A DNA stretch of 29,769 nt from Oscillospiraceae bacterium (GCA_902783825.1 CACZSJ010000172.1:1-29769); one strand, 5' to 3'; counted from the first letter of the stretch, positions 8,947 through 17,891 are shown. Notes: a model not told the origin generated them from the letters alone. Numbers and translations: made by a program.

Positions 8947-8975
8947 ATAATAACTCCATACTATGTGATTTTCAA
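8947..8975 (-). promoter_or_regulatory. Sigma-A promoter for the cdaR-like/ftsEX operon
   Basis: TTGAAA (8975-8970), 17 bp, TATTAT (8952-8947). Confidence 0.65.
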
Positions 8976-9027
8976 TAGAAAATGCGTTTCTCTTTTGTTA
9001 ATTTTTTTCGTTTTCTGTTGTATGCGC

Positions 9028-9783
9028 TCAATTTTCGTAGGAATCCAGCGTCGTTTTTGACCATTTTTCCATGGGAACTGCGCAGAACAGTTTGCACAAA
9101 TCCGCTTCTGTCAGCTCCCGGAATGCCCCCGGAGCCAGATCTTTCTCCAGGCACAGTTCACCGATGGCCAAGCGTCGAAGCTCCCGCACCGGTTTGCCCC
9201 GAGCGGCCAGCATGCGTCTGACCTGATGGTACTTCCCTTCCACCACCCGCACCAAGCAGCGCTGGTCTCCCAGAGGCTCCAGCAGCGCAGGCAGACAGCG
9301 GGTACCGTCCGCCAGAACCAGGCCGCACGCAAAAGCGGCGGTGTCTTCCGCATCCGGTTCTCCCTCGACTTTTGCATAATACAGCTTTTCAACGCAGGAT
9401 TTTGGCGAAATCACACGATGGGCGAATTCCCCGTCGTCTGTCAGAATCAGCAGCCCGTCGGTATCCTTATCCAGGCGACCCACAGGAAAAATCCCTCTAC
9501 CACACAGAGAAGGCATCAGATCCAGAACGGTTTTTTGCTCTCGATCCTCCGTCGCCGTGACAATGCCCAGAGGCTTGTTCATCATATAATAATGATGGGC
9601 GCGGTACTGCAGCGCCTCCCCGTCCAGCGCCACCGTTTCCCGGGTCGGATCCACCTTCCGTTCAGGATGCTTCTCCAAGCTTCCATCCACCGTGACCCTG
9701 CCGCTTTTGACAACGGCTCTGCTTTCTTTCCGGGAGGCAATGCCCATATCAGAAAGCAGTTTGTCCAGTCTAATCTGCGGCAT
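9028..9783 (-). CDS. rsuA: rRNA pseudouridine synthase, RsuA/RluB family
   Basis: N-terminal S4 domain (IRLDKLLS); NKPLG; catalytic GRLDKDTDGL; EGKYHQVRRM. GGAAGGAG SD. Confidence 0.88.
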   Translation of the reverse strand: MPQIRLDKLLSDMGIASRKESRAVVKSGRVTVDGSLEKHPERKVDPTRETVALDGEALQYRAHHYYMMNKPLGIVTATEDREQKTVLDLMPSLCGRGIFPVGRLDKDTDGLLILTDDGEFAHRVISPKSCVEKLYYAKVEGEPDAEDTAAFACGLVLADGTRCLPALLEPLGDQRCLVRVVEGKYHQVRRMLAARGKPVRELRRLAIGELCLEKDLAPGAFRELTEADLCKLFCAVPMEKWSKTTLDSYEN

Positions 9784-9814
9784 ACAGCTCTCCTTCCTTG
9801 CGTTGCGCCCGGGT

Positions 9815-9843
9815 AGTATAGCACATTTTTAACTTTTTTGCAA
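9815..9843 (-). promoter_or_regulatory. Sigma-A promoter for rsuA
   Basis: TTGCAA, 17 bp, TATACT, with a TG extension. Confidence 0.7.
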
Positions 9844-9926
9844 CCTTTGAACCGGATTTGTATCTTTTTTCCAGAGGGCACATAGCGGCGCACATGCGTG
9901 AATAAGCTGTATCGGAGGTGATCGCC

Positions 9927-10370
9927 ATGGCCCAAAGCAGCCGTGTTTTTACCAAGAAGAAAGCCTTGATCGGCGTTCTGCTCGCCGCCGTAATTCTGCT
10001 TGCGCTGATCCTTTTCAGAAGCTGTTCCGCCGCCCGCGTCAATCTGTCTACCACAGAGGGGCGCATGGACTTCCTCAGCTCACTGGGATGGGAGGCAGAC
10101 GCAGCCACAGAAGAATACAAGCGGGTGCTGATTCCCGGGAAATTGGAGGGGGCGCTGGCCGACTACAATGCCATGCAGCTGGAGCAGGGCTGTGATCTCA
10201 GCCGACATCTGAGTGAGCGCTGCGATCAGTACAGCTACCGGATCACCAATTACCCCAACTGTGACCAAACCGTTTTGGTAACACTGTATGTGCAGGACGG
10301 CAGGCTGATCGCCGGTGACATCCACAGCACCGCCCTTAACGGCTTCATGCACGGCTTGAAAGCGCAATAG
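9927..10370 (+). CDS. Single-pass membrane protein, DUF4830-like
   Basis: GGAGGTG SD before ATG 9927; basic N-terminus plus one TM; C-terminal TLYVQDGRLIAGDIHS...FMHGL resembles DUF4830 (recognised from memory). Confidence 0.7.
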   Translation: MAQSSRVFTKKKALIGVLLAAVILLALILFRSCSAARVNLSTTEGRMDFLSSLGWEADAATEEYKRVLIPGKLEGALADYNAMQLEQGCDLSRHLSERCDQYSYRITNYPNCDQTVLVTLYVQDGRLIAGDIHSTALNGFMHGLKAQ

Positions 10371-10404
10371 CCTCTCACGCAATCCGGTCTCCGCCATCCT
10401 CGTC

Positions 10405-10441
10405 AAAAAGCAAGTCCGCACTGTCTGCGGACTTGCTTTTT
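10405..10441. terminator. Bidirectional intrinsic terminator
   Basis: AAAAAGCAAGTCCGCA-ctgtc-TGCGGACTTGCTTTTT, a perfect 16-bp stem between the convergent DUF4830-like gene and gpmI. Confidence 0.9.
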
Positions 10442-10465
10442 ATTATTGTTCTTTTATTCGTTCTT

Positions 10466-11977
10466 TTATTCTGCCAGGCAAACGCCGGTCATTTCCGCGG
10501 GCTGTTCCAGCCCCATCAGCTTGAGGATCGTGGGCGCGATATCGGCCAGCCGACCGGGCTTGAGCCGGATCCCCGCCTTCCGCACGCAGAAAGGAACCGG
10601 ATTCGTGGTGTGGGCCGTATTGACATCGCCGTCCTGGTCAAACATACAATCGGCGTTGCCGTGGTCGGCGGTGACCACCAGGACCACATCCTCATGCTTT
10701 TCCACTTCGGCCAAAATGCGGCCCATGCATCCGTCTACCGTCTCCACCGCTTTGACGGCGGCCTCCATGACGCCGGTATGACCCACCATGTCGCAGTTGG
10801 CAAAGTTGCAGACAATCAGTGCGTACTGTTCCGATGCGATGGCTTCAACCACCTTGTCGGCTACCGGCTCCGCGCTCATCTGGGGGATCAAATCATAGGT
10901 GGCGTATTCCTTGGGGGAAGGCACCAAACAGCGTTCTTCCCCGGGGCAGACCCGTTCCACGCCACCGTTAAAGAAGAAGGTCACATGGGCATACTTCTCG
11001 GTCTCGGCCACGCGGAACTGCTTGAGACCCTGTGCGCTGATATAGTCGCCCAAAGTGTTTTCGATGACCTCCGGCGGATAGGCGATGGGCAGGGTCAGGC
11101 TCTCGTCATACTGGGCTGTGCAGACGTAAGACAGCGGAAAAACCTCTTTCTTGCGCGGAAAACCGTCAAACTCCTCCAGATTCAGCGCCCAGGTCATTTC
11201 CCGAGCCCGGTCCGGACGGAAGTTCATGAAGATCACGCTGTCGCCCGGCTGGATTACGCCCTCGGGGCAGACCACCACAGGCTTGACAAATTCATCCGTG
11301 ACTTCCTGCGCATAGCTCGCTTCCACCGCGTGCACCGGATCCGGATCCAAAACGCCCTCGCCGCAGACAATGGCGTTGTAGCCGATCTCCACGCGCTCCC
11401 AGCGCTTGTCTCGATCCATGCCGTAAAAACGTCCCTGGATGGTCGCAATCCGGGCGTTCCCCAGCGCCTGGCATTTTTCCTGCAGCCTGGCTACAAAGCC
11501 GGAGCCGCTGGTGGGCGGCACATCCCGCCCGTCCAGGAAGCAATGGACATAGACCTGCTCCACGCCCCTCTGTTTGGCCATATCCAAAATCCCGAAAATA
11601 TGCTCGATATGGCTGTGTACGCCGCCATCAGAGAGCAGCCCCAGAATATGCAGCTTCTTTCCATGGGCTTTGGCGTCTTCCATCGCCTTGATGTAGACGG
11701 GATTTTGAAAGAATTTCCCGTTCTGGATCTCCTGGCTCATCTTGGGCAGGATCTGAAAAACCACCCGACCAGCGCCGATGTTGGTATGACCCACCTCGGA
11801 ATTGCCCATCTGTCCCTCCGGCAGCCCCACATCCAGACCGGAAGCCTGCAGCTGGGTACAGGGATACCGAGAGAACAGCCGATCCAGATTGGGCGTTTTT
11901 GCCTGGGCTATGGCATTCCCGGCCGTGGGTGCGGCCAGGCCGAACCCATCCAGGATAATGAATACCGCTTTGTTCAT
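10466..11977 (-). CDS. gpmI: 2,3-bisphosphoglycerate-independent phosphoglycerate mutase
   Basis: IILDGFG, QMGNSEVGHTNIGAGR, AETEKYAHVTFFFNGG, NCDMVGHTG and TADHGNAD motifs. Confidence 0.97.
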   Translation of the reverse strand: MNKAVFIILDGFGLAAPTAGNAIAQAKTPNLDRLFSRYPCTQLQASGLDVGLPEGQMGNSEVGHTNIGAGRVVFQILPKMSQEIQNGKFFQNPVYIKAMEDAKAHGKKLHILGLLSDGGVHSHIEHIFGILDMAKQRGVEQVYVHCFLDGRDVPPTSGSGFVARLQEKCQALGNARIATIQGRFYGMDRDKRWERVEIGYNAIVCGEGVLDPDPVHAVEASYAQEVTDEFVKPVVVCPEGVIQPGDSVIFMNFRPDRAREMTWALNLEEFDGFPRKKEVFPLSYVCTAQYDESLTLPIAYPPEVIENTLGDYISAQGLKQFRVAETEKYAHVTFFFNGGVERVCPGEERCLVPSPKEYATYDLIPQMSAEPVADKVVEAIASEQYALIVCNFANCDMVGHTGVMEAAVKAVETVDGCMGRILAEVEKHEDVVLVVTADHGNADCMFDQDGDVNTAHTTNPVPFCVRKAGIRLKPGRLADIAPTILKLMGLEQPAEMTGVCLAE

Positions 11978-11983
11978 GTAAGA

Positions 11984-12757
11984 TTACTCCTGCGCCGTGG
12001 CCGCGACAATGGCCGCAAAATCTGCCGGCTTCAGGGATGCGCCGCCGATGAGGCCGCCGTCGATATCCGGCTGGGCCAACAGCTCCGCCGCGTTTTTGGC
12101 GTTCATGCTGCCGCCGTAGAGAATGCTGATGGCGCGGGCGGGCCGGGCGCCGTACATCTTGCGAACAACCGCGCGGATCTCCTCGCAAACCTCCTGCGCC
12201 TGCTGCGCAGTAGCTGTTCTTCCGGTGCCGATGGCCCAGATGGGCTCATAAGCGATAATGCAGCGGCGCAGCTGGGCGGCAGTGATTCCACCGAGAGCTG
12301 CCTTGACCTGATAAGTCACATATTCCATCGTCAGATCCATTTCCCGCTGTTCCAGGCTCTCTCCCACGCAGATGATGGGCTGAACGCCGTTGGCCAGCAG
12401 GGCCTTGGCCTTGGCGTTGACGAGCATATCGTCCTCGCCGTGGTACTCACGCCGCTCGGAGTGGCCCACAATGCAGTACTTGACCCCAGCATCAGCCAAC
12501 TGCTCGGCAGAGATTTCGCCGGTGTACGCCCCCTTGTCGAAGCAAGAAACGTCCTGTGCGCCGGTGGCAACCTTGCAATCTTTGCCCGCTTTGATCATGG
12601 CGGGAACCATGACGGCAGGCGTGCACAGCACCACGTCGCAGCTGCGGGTCTTGGGCAGGCTTGCTTTCAGTTCTTCCATAAAAGGCTTGATCTGAGAGCT
12701 GAGCATATTCATCTTCCAGTTCCCGGCGATCACCGTCTTGCGATATTTTCTGTTCAT
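11984..12757 (-). CDS. tpiA: Triose-phosphate isomerase
   Basis: AGNWKMN, GHSERR, AYEPIWAIGTG and LIGGASL motifs. Confidence 0.97.
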   Translation of the reverse strand: MNRKYRKTVIAGNWKMNMLSSQIKPFMEELKASLPKTRSCDVVLCTPAVMVPAMIKAGKDCKVATGAQDVSCFDKGAYTGEISAEQLADAGVKYCIVGHSERREYHGEDDMLVNAKAKALLANGVQPIICVGESLEQREMDLTMEYVTYQVKAALGGITAAQLRRCIIAYEPIWAIGTGRTATAQQAQEVCEEIRAVVRKMYGARPARAISILYGGSMNAKNAAELLAQPDIDGGLIGGASLKPADFAAIVAATAQE

Positions 12758-12782
12758 CGTTTTCTTCCTTTCCTATGCAGAA

Positions 12783-13973
12783 TTACTTATCCAATAGGCA
12801 AGCCACGCCCGGCAGCTCCTGGCCCTCCAGGAACTCCAGAGACGCACCGCCGCCGGTGGAAATATGGGTAATGCTGTCGGCATAGCCCAGCTTTTCCACC
12901 GCAGAAGCGGAATCGCCGCCGCCTACGATGGTAATGGCGCCGGATTCAGCCAGGGCCTTGGCCATCGCCTTGGTGCCGCCGGCGAAAGCATCGAATTCAA
13001 ACACACCCATGGGCCCGTTCCAAACGATGGTGCCAGCGCCCTTGACGGCCTCACCAAACAGCTCCGCCGTCTTCGGCCCGATATCCATACCCATGAGATC
13101 CTCCGGAATATCTTCCTCCACCAGTACAGGCTCGGCGTCGGCGGCAAACTCTGCGGCGCAGAGATTGTCGACGGGCAGCAGGAAGCGAACACCCTTGGCC
13201 GCGGCCTTGGCGATCATATCACCTGCATACTCGATCCGATCCTCTTCCAGCAGGGACTTGCCGATCTGGAAACCCTGGGCTTTTTTGAAGGTATAGGCCA
13301 TGCCGCCGCCGATGATGATGGTGTCGGCCTTCTCCAGCAAATTGTTGATGACGTTGATCTTGTCCGAAACCTTGGCGCCGCCCAGCACCGCCACGAAGGG
13401 ACGCTTGGGGTCCTCCAGCGCCTTGCCCATAATGGACAGTTCCTTGTCCACCAGCAGGCCCGAGTAGGCAGGCAGATAGGCCGCCACGCCGGCGGTGGAG
13501 GCATGGGCTCGGTGCACAGTGCCGAAGGCGTCGGATACGAAGATCTCCGCCATGTCGGCCAGTGCCTTGGCGAAGTCTTCGCCGTTTTTCTCTTCCCGGA
13601 TATCAAAACGCAGATTCTCCAGCAGCATGATCTGCCCCGGCTGCAGCGCGGCAGCCTTGGCTTGGGCGTCTTCTCCGATGATATCCGCAGCGAAAATAAC
13701 CTCCTGGCCCAGCAGCTCGGACAGGCGCTGAGCCACGGGTGCCAGGCTCAGTTTGCTTTTCCACTCGCCTTTGGGCTTACCCAGATGGGAGCAGGCAATC
13801 ACAGCCGCTCCGTTTTCCAGCAGATACCGAATCGTAGGCAGCGCCGCAACAATGCGCTTGTCACTGGTGATCGCCCCGGTCTCCTTATCCTGCGGCACGT
13901 TGAAATCGCAGCGGAGCAGGATCTTTTTTCCTTTTACATCCACATCGTAGATCGTCTTCTTGTTGTAGTTCAT
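12783..13973 (-). CDS. pgk: Phosphoglycerate kinase
   Basis: [36 protein letters not shown] and [15 protein letters not shown] motifs. Confidence 0.97.
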   Translation of the reverse strand: MNYNKKTIYDVDVKGKKILLRCDFNVPQDKETGAITSDKRIVAALPTIRYLLENGAAVIACSHLGKPKGEWKSKLSLAPVAQRLSELLGQEVIFAADIIGEDAQAKAAALQPGQIMLLENLRFDIREEKNGEDFAKALADMAEIFVSDAFGTVHRAHASTAGVAAYLPAYSGLLVDKELSIMGKALEDPKRPFVAVLGGAKVSDKINVINNLLEKADTIIIGGGMAYTFKKAQGFQIGKSLLEEDRIEYAGDMIAKAAAKGVRFLLPVDNLCAAEFAADAEPVLVEEDIPEDLMGMDIGPKTAELFGEAVKGAGTIVWNGPMGVFEFDAFAGGTKAMAKALAESGAITIVGGGDSASAVEKLGYADSITHISTGGGASLEFLEGQELPGVACLLDK

Positions 13974-14003
13974 ATCATATCCTCCTAAAAATGGTACACA
14001 AAT

Positions 14004-14489
14004 TTAATCATCCGCCATGATGCCTGTCTCCAGCAGACCGGGAAAGCCCTGTTGGCGCAGCGCCTCATAGGTCAGAATGGCAACAGAATTGGATAGATTC
14101 AGACTGCGCGCCTGCCCGCGCATGGGGATGCGGAGACAGCGGTGCCGGTATTTTTCCAGCAGCCAGGCCGGCAGCCCCGCCGTTTCTTTGCCGAAGAGCA
14201 GCGCCACCGATCCGCTCAGATCCGCCTCATGATAGGCTCGAGGCGCCTTGGTGCTGGCCAGATAAAGATGCTCGTCCCCGTTCTTTGCAAAATAGGAATC
14301 CAAATCGGGATAAGTGCTTATGTTGACCAAATGCCAATAGTCCAAGCCGCAGCGTTTTACCCATTTATCCGAGATTTCAAAGCCCAGCGGCTCAATCAGG
14401 TGCAAGCTGGCGCCGGTAACCGCACATGTGCGTGCAATCGCACCGGTGTTGTGGGGGATTTCCGGTTCCAGCAACACAATATCCACCAT
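14004..14489 (-). CDS. trmL: tRNA (cytidine/uridine34-2'-O)-methyltransferase, SPOUT
   Basis: EPEIPHNTG, GLDYW, LLFGKETAGL and RSLNLSNSVA motifs; GGAGG SD. Confidence 0.92.
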   Translation of the reverse strand: MVDIVLLEPEIPHNTGAIARTCAVTGASLHLIEPLGFEISDKWVKRCGLDYWHLVNISTYPDLDSYFAKNGDEHLYLASTKAPRAYHEADLSGSVALLFGKETAGLPAWLLEKYRHRCLRIPMRGQARSLNLSNSVAILTYEALRQQGFPGLLETGIMADD

Positions 14490-14556
14490 GCCGCCACCTC
14501 CTGCTCACCCAGCATCATCGCCAAAGATTTGTTATTACTTTATCCAGATCGATACC

Positions 14557-14565
14557 ATATTAGCA
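14557..14565 (-). promoter_or_regulatory. Possible extended -10 promoter for trmL(-pgk-tpiA-gpmI)
   Basis: TGcTAATAT on the - strand; no convincing -35 at 17 bp. Confidence 0.4.
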
Positions 14566-14611
14566 CAAAAACCAAAAAAATCATGCACTTTTTTTCGATT
14601 TTGAGGATTTC

Positions 14612-14640
14612 TTGCATATTCCACAAAACTGCGTTATAAT
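14612..14640 (+). promoter_or_regulatory. Sigma-A promoter for the radical SAM gene
   Basis: TTGCAT, 17 bp, TATAAT. Confidence 0.7.
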
Positions 14641-14719
14641 CGGCCTTGGAAAAGCGGGATTTCTTGGCATTTTGTATATGGCCATTTGCCCCTCATTCTC
14701 TGGAATCGAGGTTTGTCCC

Positions 14720-15643
14720 ATGGAGTATCTCTGTAACGATTGTCCGCGTCGCTGCAATGCGCTGCGGACCGATACCCAGCCCGGCGGTTTTTGTGCCAGT
14801 CCTGCCCTGCCGCGGGTCATCCGGGCCGCGCCTCACTTCGGCGAGGAGCCCTGCATCAGCGGCACTCGGGGCGCGGGAACCGTGTTCTTTTGCGGCTGCA
14901 ATCTTCGCTGCGTTTTCTGTCAGAACCGGGAAATCAGTCAGACAAGCTGCGGGAAAACGCTCAGCGTTCCCCAACTGCGCGATCTGTTCTGCCGTCTGCG
15001 GGATCAGGGCGTTCACAACATCGACCTGGTCACTCCGGGACACTTCGTCCGCGCCATCGCCCAGGCTCTGGATGGTCTGGAGCTGGGGATTCCGGTTGTC
15101 TGGAACAGCTCCGCCTATGAGAGCGTGGAAACGCTTCGACGACTGGAAGGATTGGTGCAGGTGTACATGCCCGATCTGAAATACTGGAAAGCAGAGCCGG
15201 CCCGTCGCTACTCTGCCGCAGCAGACTATCCCCAGACAGCGACCGCGGCCATCCGGGAAATGGTCCGGCAGCGAGGTCCCTACGTGCTGGACGAGGAAGG
15301 CATTTTACAATCCGGTGTTCTGATCCGCCATCTGATTCTGCCGGGGCAGGACCTGGCCGCTATGGATGTGATGGATTTTGCTGCAGAATCCTTTCCCCAC
15401 GGCAGCGTTTTGTTCTCCCTGATGAGCCAGTATACGCCCATGCCCGGTCTGGATCGCTATCCGGAACTGTCTTCTCCCATCTCTCCGGAAAGCCACGCTT
15501 CGCTCTGCTCCTATCTGCAAAAAAGCGGCCTGGAGGGCTACTGGCAGGATCCGGATTCCGCCACGCAGGAGAGTATCCCAGATTTTGACTATACCGGTCT
15601 TGACAGAACCCCCGATTTCATCAATAATACAAGCAGGGAATAA
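14720..15643 (+). CDS. Radical SAM protein, PflX-like (PFL-activating-enzyme-related)
   Basis: N-terminal CxxCPRRC; PHFGEEPCISG; CNLRCVFC (CxxxCxxC); LIRHLILPG; LMSQYTP. Start at ATG 14720 (upstream GAGG). Confidence 0.85.
   Translation: MEYLCNDCPRRCNALRTDTQPGGFCASPALPRVIRAAPHFGEEPCISGTRGAGTVFFCGCNLRCVFCQNREISQTSCGKTLSVPQLRDLFCRLRDQGVHNIDLVTPGHFVRAIAQALDGLELGIPVVWNSSAYESVETLRRLEGLVQVYMPDLKYWKAEPARRYSAAADYPQTATAAIREMVRQRGPYVLDEEGILQSGVLIRHLILPGQDLAAMDVMDFAAESFPHGSVLFSLMSQYTPMPGLDRYPELSSPISPESHASLCSYLQKSGLEGYWQDPDSATQESIPDFDYTGLDRTPDFINNTSRE
15600..15628 (+). promoter_or_regulatory. Putative sigma-A promoter inside the 3' end of the radical SAM gene
   Basis: TTGACA, 17 bp, AATAAT, 64 bp upstream of ATG 15693. 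Confidence 0.55.
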
Positions 15644-15692
15644 GCACGATACCGAACCATCAACGATACAAGATATAAAAGGAGAAACGACT

Positions 15693-16715
15693 ATGGACTA
15701 CAACGAAATCCTTGCCTCTGCACGTCAGTGCGTTGGCCCCTACTGCAAAGCCTGCCCCGTATGCAACGGCCGCGCCTGCGGCAACGCCATGCCCGGCCCC
15801 GGCAGCAAGGTCCCCGGCAACGCAGCCGCCCGCAACTTTGACAAGTGGCAGGAAGTCTGCGTCAACATGGACACCCTGTGTCCCAACGTAGACCCGGATA
15901 TCTCCTTTGAGATGTTCGGCCACCGTTTTGTCGCCCCTGTTTTCGCCGCCCCGCTGGGCGCCCTGCCCATGCATTACGGCGACAAGTACAACGACCAGCA
16001 GTACAACGCCATTCTGGTCAAAGCCGCGGCGGACTATGGCCTCATGGCCCTCACAGGCGACGGCGTCGATCCGGAGATCATGAAGGCTGCCGTGGTGGAC
16101 ATGGGCAAGTCCGGCGGCATGGGCTGCCCCACCATCAAGCCCTGGAACAAGGAGTTCGTCTTTGAGAAGCTGGACGCGGTCAAGGCCGGAAAGATCTTTG
16201 CCGTGGCTATGGACGTAGACGGCGCGGGTCTTCCCTTCCTGAAGGCCATGAACCCCAACGCGGGCAGCAAGTCCGTAGAGGAGATGCGGGAAATCATTTC
16301 CTACGCCCAGATGCCCTTCATTGTCAAGGGGATCATGACCCCGGCCGGCGCCCTGAAGGCCGCGGAAGCCGGCGCCAGCGCCATCGTGGTATCCAATCAC
16401 GGCGGCCGTGTTCAGGGCGGCGTACCCTCCACGGCGGAAGTTCTGCCCGCCATCGCGGAAGCGGTAAAGGGCAAGCTGACCATCCTGGTAGACGGCGGCA
16501 TCCGCTCCGGTGTGGACGTATTCCGCGCTCTGGCTCTGGGTGCGGACGCGGTGCTGATCGGCCGCCCGGTGCTCACCGCCATTTACGGCGGCGGCGCCGA
16601 GGGCTTCCGGGTGTACATGGACAAGATTCTGGGCGAGTTGAAGTCCACCATGACCATGTGCGGCGCGGCCAGCCTGCAGGAAATCACCCGGGACAAGGTC
16701 TGGCTGGAGAAGTAA
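15693..16715 (+). CDS. FMN-dependent alpha-hydroxy-acid dehydrogenase/oxidase family (lactate/glycolate oxidase-like)
   Basis: AAAGGAG SD; VKGI, VSNHGGR (catalytic His) and VDGGIRSGVDVFRALALGADAVLIGRP motifs; Cys-rich N-terminus. Confidence 0.9.
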   Translation: MDYNEILASARQCVGPYCKACPVCNGRACGNAMPGPGSKVPGNAAARNFDKWQEVCVNMDTLCPNVDPDISFEMFGHRFVAPVFAAPLGALPMHYGDKYNDQQYNAILVKAAADYGLMALTGDGVDPEIMKAAVVDMGKSGGMGCPTIKPWNKEFVFEKLDAVKAGKIFAVAMDVDGAGLPFLKAMNPNAGSKSVEEMREIISYAQMPFIVKGIMTPAGALKAAEAGASAIVVSNHGGRVQGGVPSTAEVLPAIAEAVKGKLTILVDGGIRSGVDVFRALALGADAVLIGRPVLTAIYGGGAEGFRVYMDKILGELKSTMTMCGAASLQEITRDKVWLEK

Positions 16716-16765
16716 GCGCCCCCTTTCCTGTCGCTTGTCCTTATTTGAACAACAGAACCGATGAA

Positions 16766-16798
16766 AAAACAGACTGCGCAGAAAGCGCAGTCTGTTTT
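16766..16798. terminator. Bidirectional intrinsic terminator
   Basis: AAAACAGACTGCGC-agaaa-GCGCAGTCTGTTTT between convergent genes. Confidence 0.9.
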
Positions 16799-16829
16799 AT
16801 GTTTATTGTGTTGTGTTAACCATTTGAGT

Positions 16830-17891
16830 TCAGCAGCCTGTCTCTTGCTTTACGATGCGCTCCATCTCCATCCACTTCTCTTCCATGTCGCGCAGCAGCT
16901 GAAACTGGGTGCGGCAGCGATCCAGATTTTGCTCCGGACGGTCGATAGAGAAATATCGGTCTCCTTCCAGGTAATCCGCCAGAAAACGGATGCCGCATTC
17001 CAGCGTCATGGTATACGCGCCCAAAGGCAGCGCCTGCCGCTCACTCCGGCTCAGGCTCGGACAGGCTTCGACGAAGCCGCGGGTAAAGACCCGAAACAGC
17101 TCCAAATCCAGAGAAACCTTGGAAAGATCCCGCTCATCCTCTTCTGCTGTCGAGGCGCCGAAACGGATCGCATCACCAAAATCGAACACAGCCAGACCGG
17201 GCATCACAGTATCCAGATCGATGACGCAAAGGGCGCGGCGGCTGTCCTGATCCAGCAGGACGTTGTTGATCTTGGTATCGTTGTGGGTCACCCGAATGGG
17301 AAGCAGCCCCAGCTCACGCATATGTTGCAGCCGACAGCCGCGTTCCTGCCGGGCATAAGCGAAGCGCAATTCTTCCTGCACCAGGGATGCTCTTCCCACC
17401 CGATCCGCCTGCTCTGCCTGGCGCAGCTGTCGATAGCGCTCTGGAGTGTTATGGAAATCTATAATGGTTTCTTCCAAGCGCTCCACCGGGAAGTTTCGCA
17501 GCGTGTACTGGAAGCGACCAAAGGCCCTGGCACACTCCAGAAAATCCTCCCGACTCTCCGGGCGCTGCAGGCAGAGGCTGTTATCCACGAAACGGTAAGC
17601 GCGCCAGCAGCCGCCCTGCCGATCGTTGTAATAGCTCTGTCCATCCCGGGTATCCAGATAGCGGATCATCGCCGGATTCTCTCCCCCCAGCTGCAGGAAA
17701 GCGCTGATCTCCGCCATGTTGTGCATCAGCGCCTCCACATTTGGAAAAACGTGTCGGTTGATCCACTGGAGGATATACTTCTCTCCGCAGTCCGTAGTGA
17801 TCAGATAGGTTTCGTTGATGTGCCCGCTTTTCAGCTGCTCGCAGGTCACCGGCTTTCCGTGAACGGGGAATTGATAGATCGCTTCTTTCAC
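16830..17891 (-). CDS. APH/choline-kinase-fold phosphotransferase, N-acetylhexosamine 1-kinase (NahK)-like
   Basis: GHINETY, FHNTPERY, RVTHNDTKINNVL, IDLDTVMPG, DFGDAIR and LADYLEGDRYF motifs; GTG start. Confidence 0.75.
   Translation of the reverse strand: MKEAIYQFPVHGKPVTCEQLKSGHINETYLITTDCGEKYILQWINRHVFPNVEALMHNMAEISAFLQLGGENPAMIRYLDTRDGQSYYNDRQGGCWRAYRFVDNSLCLQRPESREDFLECARAFGRFQYTLRNFPVERLEETIIDFHNTPERYRQLRQAEQADRVGRASLVQEELRFAYARQERGCRLQHMRELGLLPIRVTHNDTKINNVLLDQDSRRALCVIDLDTVMPGLAVFDFGDAIRFGASTAEEDERDLSKVSLDLELFRVFTRGFVEACPSLSRSERQALPLGAYTMTLECGIRFLADYLEGDRYFSIDRPEQNLDRCRTQFQLLRDMEEKWMEMERIVKQETGC

Noticed and set aside
10433-12871. 812-aa + strand ORF spanning gpmI and tpiA
   Set aside because: Antisense shadow of well-conserved genes in GC-biased DNA; no SD, no motifs, and it starts inside the terminator.
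16830-17891. Aminoglycoside resistance kinase or sulfatase annotation
   Set aside because: Length and motifs fit the NahK-like sugar kinase branch; no sulfatase signature; substrate cannot be fixed from sequence.
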